DNA of 64,000 nt. Source: the human T2T-CHM13v2.0 reference genome, Homo sapiens. The notes under the pieces are model-generated. The model searched no databases and was not told the origin of the DNA. It saw only the letters and a list, made by a program, of their open reading frames with translations. A program made the position numbers and the translations under genes. The number at the start of each line of letters is the position of its first letter. Positions within the stretch are counted from its first letter, which is position 1. Positions 61,303-64,000 of the stretch are shown here, one piece after another. The stretch is from the NCBI RefSeq assembly GCF_009914755.1, contig NC_060936.1; one strand, given 5' to 3'.

Positions 61303-62837
61303 AGGAAATATTCTTGAATTTTCCAAAGGTACTCCCTTTCCAGTGCTCCCACCTCCTCCCTGCACCTGCAGGGTGTTGGCGGTGGAGACTCCCACCTTCT
61401 TCCATCAGGACCCATTCTCAGGAGTCTAGTGGTCTTGGTAACAGCCCTAATCTCCTTTTTCTGTGTTTTCCCTAGAAGGGTGCAGGACCCTAGAGGTTGC
61501 CTGGGCTCAGGGACTGCTGTAAGGGTGGATCTCAGAGCATCCTATGGTAGGTCTGCAAACTAAACCCTGAAAATCAGCCCCCAGAAGTCCCAGTAATGTC
61601 CATTTCTAGGCAAGAATAATTAAAAAGTTCTTTTATGTCAACCCAAAGAAAGGCAGTTTTGACCTTTTTGTCCTCGACACATTGTTTGCTCGAAGTAAGA
61701 AATGTTCACGTGGAATAGCTGCCATTAATATGGGTGACCTCAAGGTTAGTATCGCTCAGGGAATGCCTTTCATTGTTCTGTATTGTTTGTTTCCCTTTTG
61801 TGAAATTCTGTGGCCAAGGGAACTGCATAGTTCCAGGATGCGGTCCAGTAGCACATTACTAATTGCATACTTTAAAATACAGATTTATGCTGCTTCGTTG
61901 GGCCATACCAGGAGAGAAACCAGTGCAGGGGGCTATAAAGCGTCAAGGTTATAAACTTCATGGGGCTTTCAGGCAAATAAGGAATTTTTATTAATTCTTT
62001 AAATGCAAATGTCCAGTAATGTCTCCACTTGCCCCACCCCCTGCAGCGCTCCAGGTAGGAAAGAATTGCAACCTGCTAGCTGGTGGCCGAATGGAAAAAA
62101 GAGTGATTATTCATGGGGTCTCTGATGTCAAATAGTACATACAGCTGAATATAAAAGACCCTCCTTCTCCCCCACAACCTACTCCTTTGCTAAGAGCACA
62201 GGTATGAAACACAGATGCAAAATGGAGGAATCCCTCTCATTTGTCCCCCTGGCAGGACATATTTTAGAATAAAACCGGCAAGTACCTTGGCAGGCACCCA
62301 GCGTATCAGGTAAATTGTTAACTATCCGACTATTCTTTTACAAGAGCAAAATTGAGTGTGATATTAAAGCAAAGCCTCTTTATTTTAAATGATTAGTTCA
62401 TAGTCTTGCTTTGGAGATCCCCAAAATGTCCATGCTAAGAACTTTGAAAAGCAGGCTTTTCTTTTTTCTTTTTGAACAATAGACATAAAATTCCAGACCT
62501 AGAGTGACAAATCAACACGTATCAGTTACTTTCATTGTCAAGGGCATTTTGGGTGTTCACACTTTATCACATTACTGGTAACCAAGTATTATTCCTGACC
62601 TGTGTGTTTGTTTATAATGTATACAGCAGAAGTTTGCTGGCTAAAGAAGGAAGCAACTGCTAATTCTGAGGAGTCAGAGACAGGGTGCTCCCATCCACCT
62701 GTGAGCATTGTCTGTAGACACAATAAATAGCACATCTTGCATGTATCTGTGCTCGATGAGGTCAGGCGCCGTATTGGTTTTACCTGTGTGTCTTCAGTGC
62801 CTACCTCAGTGCCTGCTACATATTAGGCATTCCATAA

Positions 62838-63626
<789 letters not shown>

Positions 63627-63852
63627 GTCATCATATTTTTTATTGTGGTAAAATATAACATAAAACTTACTATTTTAATCATTTTTAAGTGTACAGTTAT
63701 TGTGGCATACTGGTTCTAAATAGATTCTTAGAGTGCAAATACTACCCTGGGGGTGGGGGGTTCTCAAAATTCTTTATGCTAAGGATCTTCAGACCTACTG
63801 TGGTTGGAAATCATTGGTAGTCTATTTCCTAATAAGAAGTCATCTAATCTTG

Positions 63853-64000
63853 CAGGAGTTTGAGACCAGCCTGGACCACATGGTGAAACCTTGTCTCTAC
63901 AGAAATTACAAAAATTAGCTGGCATGGTAGTGCATGCTTGTGGCCCCAGCTACTTGGGAGGCTGAGGTGGGATGATCATCTGAGCCCAGGGAGGTCGAGG
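63853..64000 (+). mobile_element. Partial Alu (runs off the window)
   Basis: caggagtttgagaccagcctgg... Confidence 0.88.

Overview
Primate (most likely human) genomic DNA that is intronic or intergenic and very repeat-dense. By my count it holds about 85 Alu copies or fragments (J, S and Y subfamilies, roughly 35-40% of the window). It also has a solo HERV-E LTR2, an ERV-L/MLT2 remnant (integrase and dUTPase), MLT1 and LTR16 LTRs, an L1PA with a twin-priming 5' inversion, older L1/L2/MIR fragments and hAT MITEs (MER1B, MER3, MER58A, MER5). I recognise no protein-coding gene; nearly all ORF-track entries are Alu or L1 read-throughs. The main structural signal is an apparently exact 713-bp inverted duplication (25199-25911 / 35213-35925). 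TSD and MIR continuity indicate that the right copy is ancestral and the left copy is a recent Alu-mediated templated insertion. Other signals are a perfect 58-bp zero-spacer palindrome with 9-bp flanking direct repeats (33083-33140), several smaller template-switch or duplication scars, and four non-repeat islands with minus-strand splice donors that may be alternative first or cassette exons of an unidentified minus-strand gene. I found no evidence for a new multi-gene system. Repeat family and subfamily calls are from recall of consensus sequences, and repeat boundaries are approximate.
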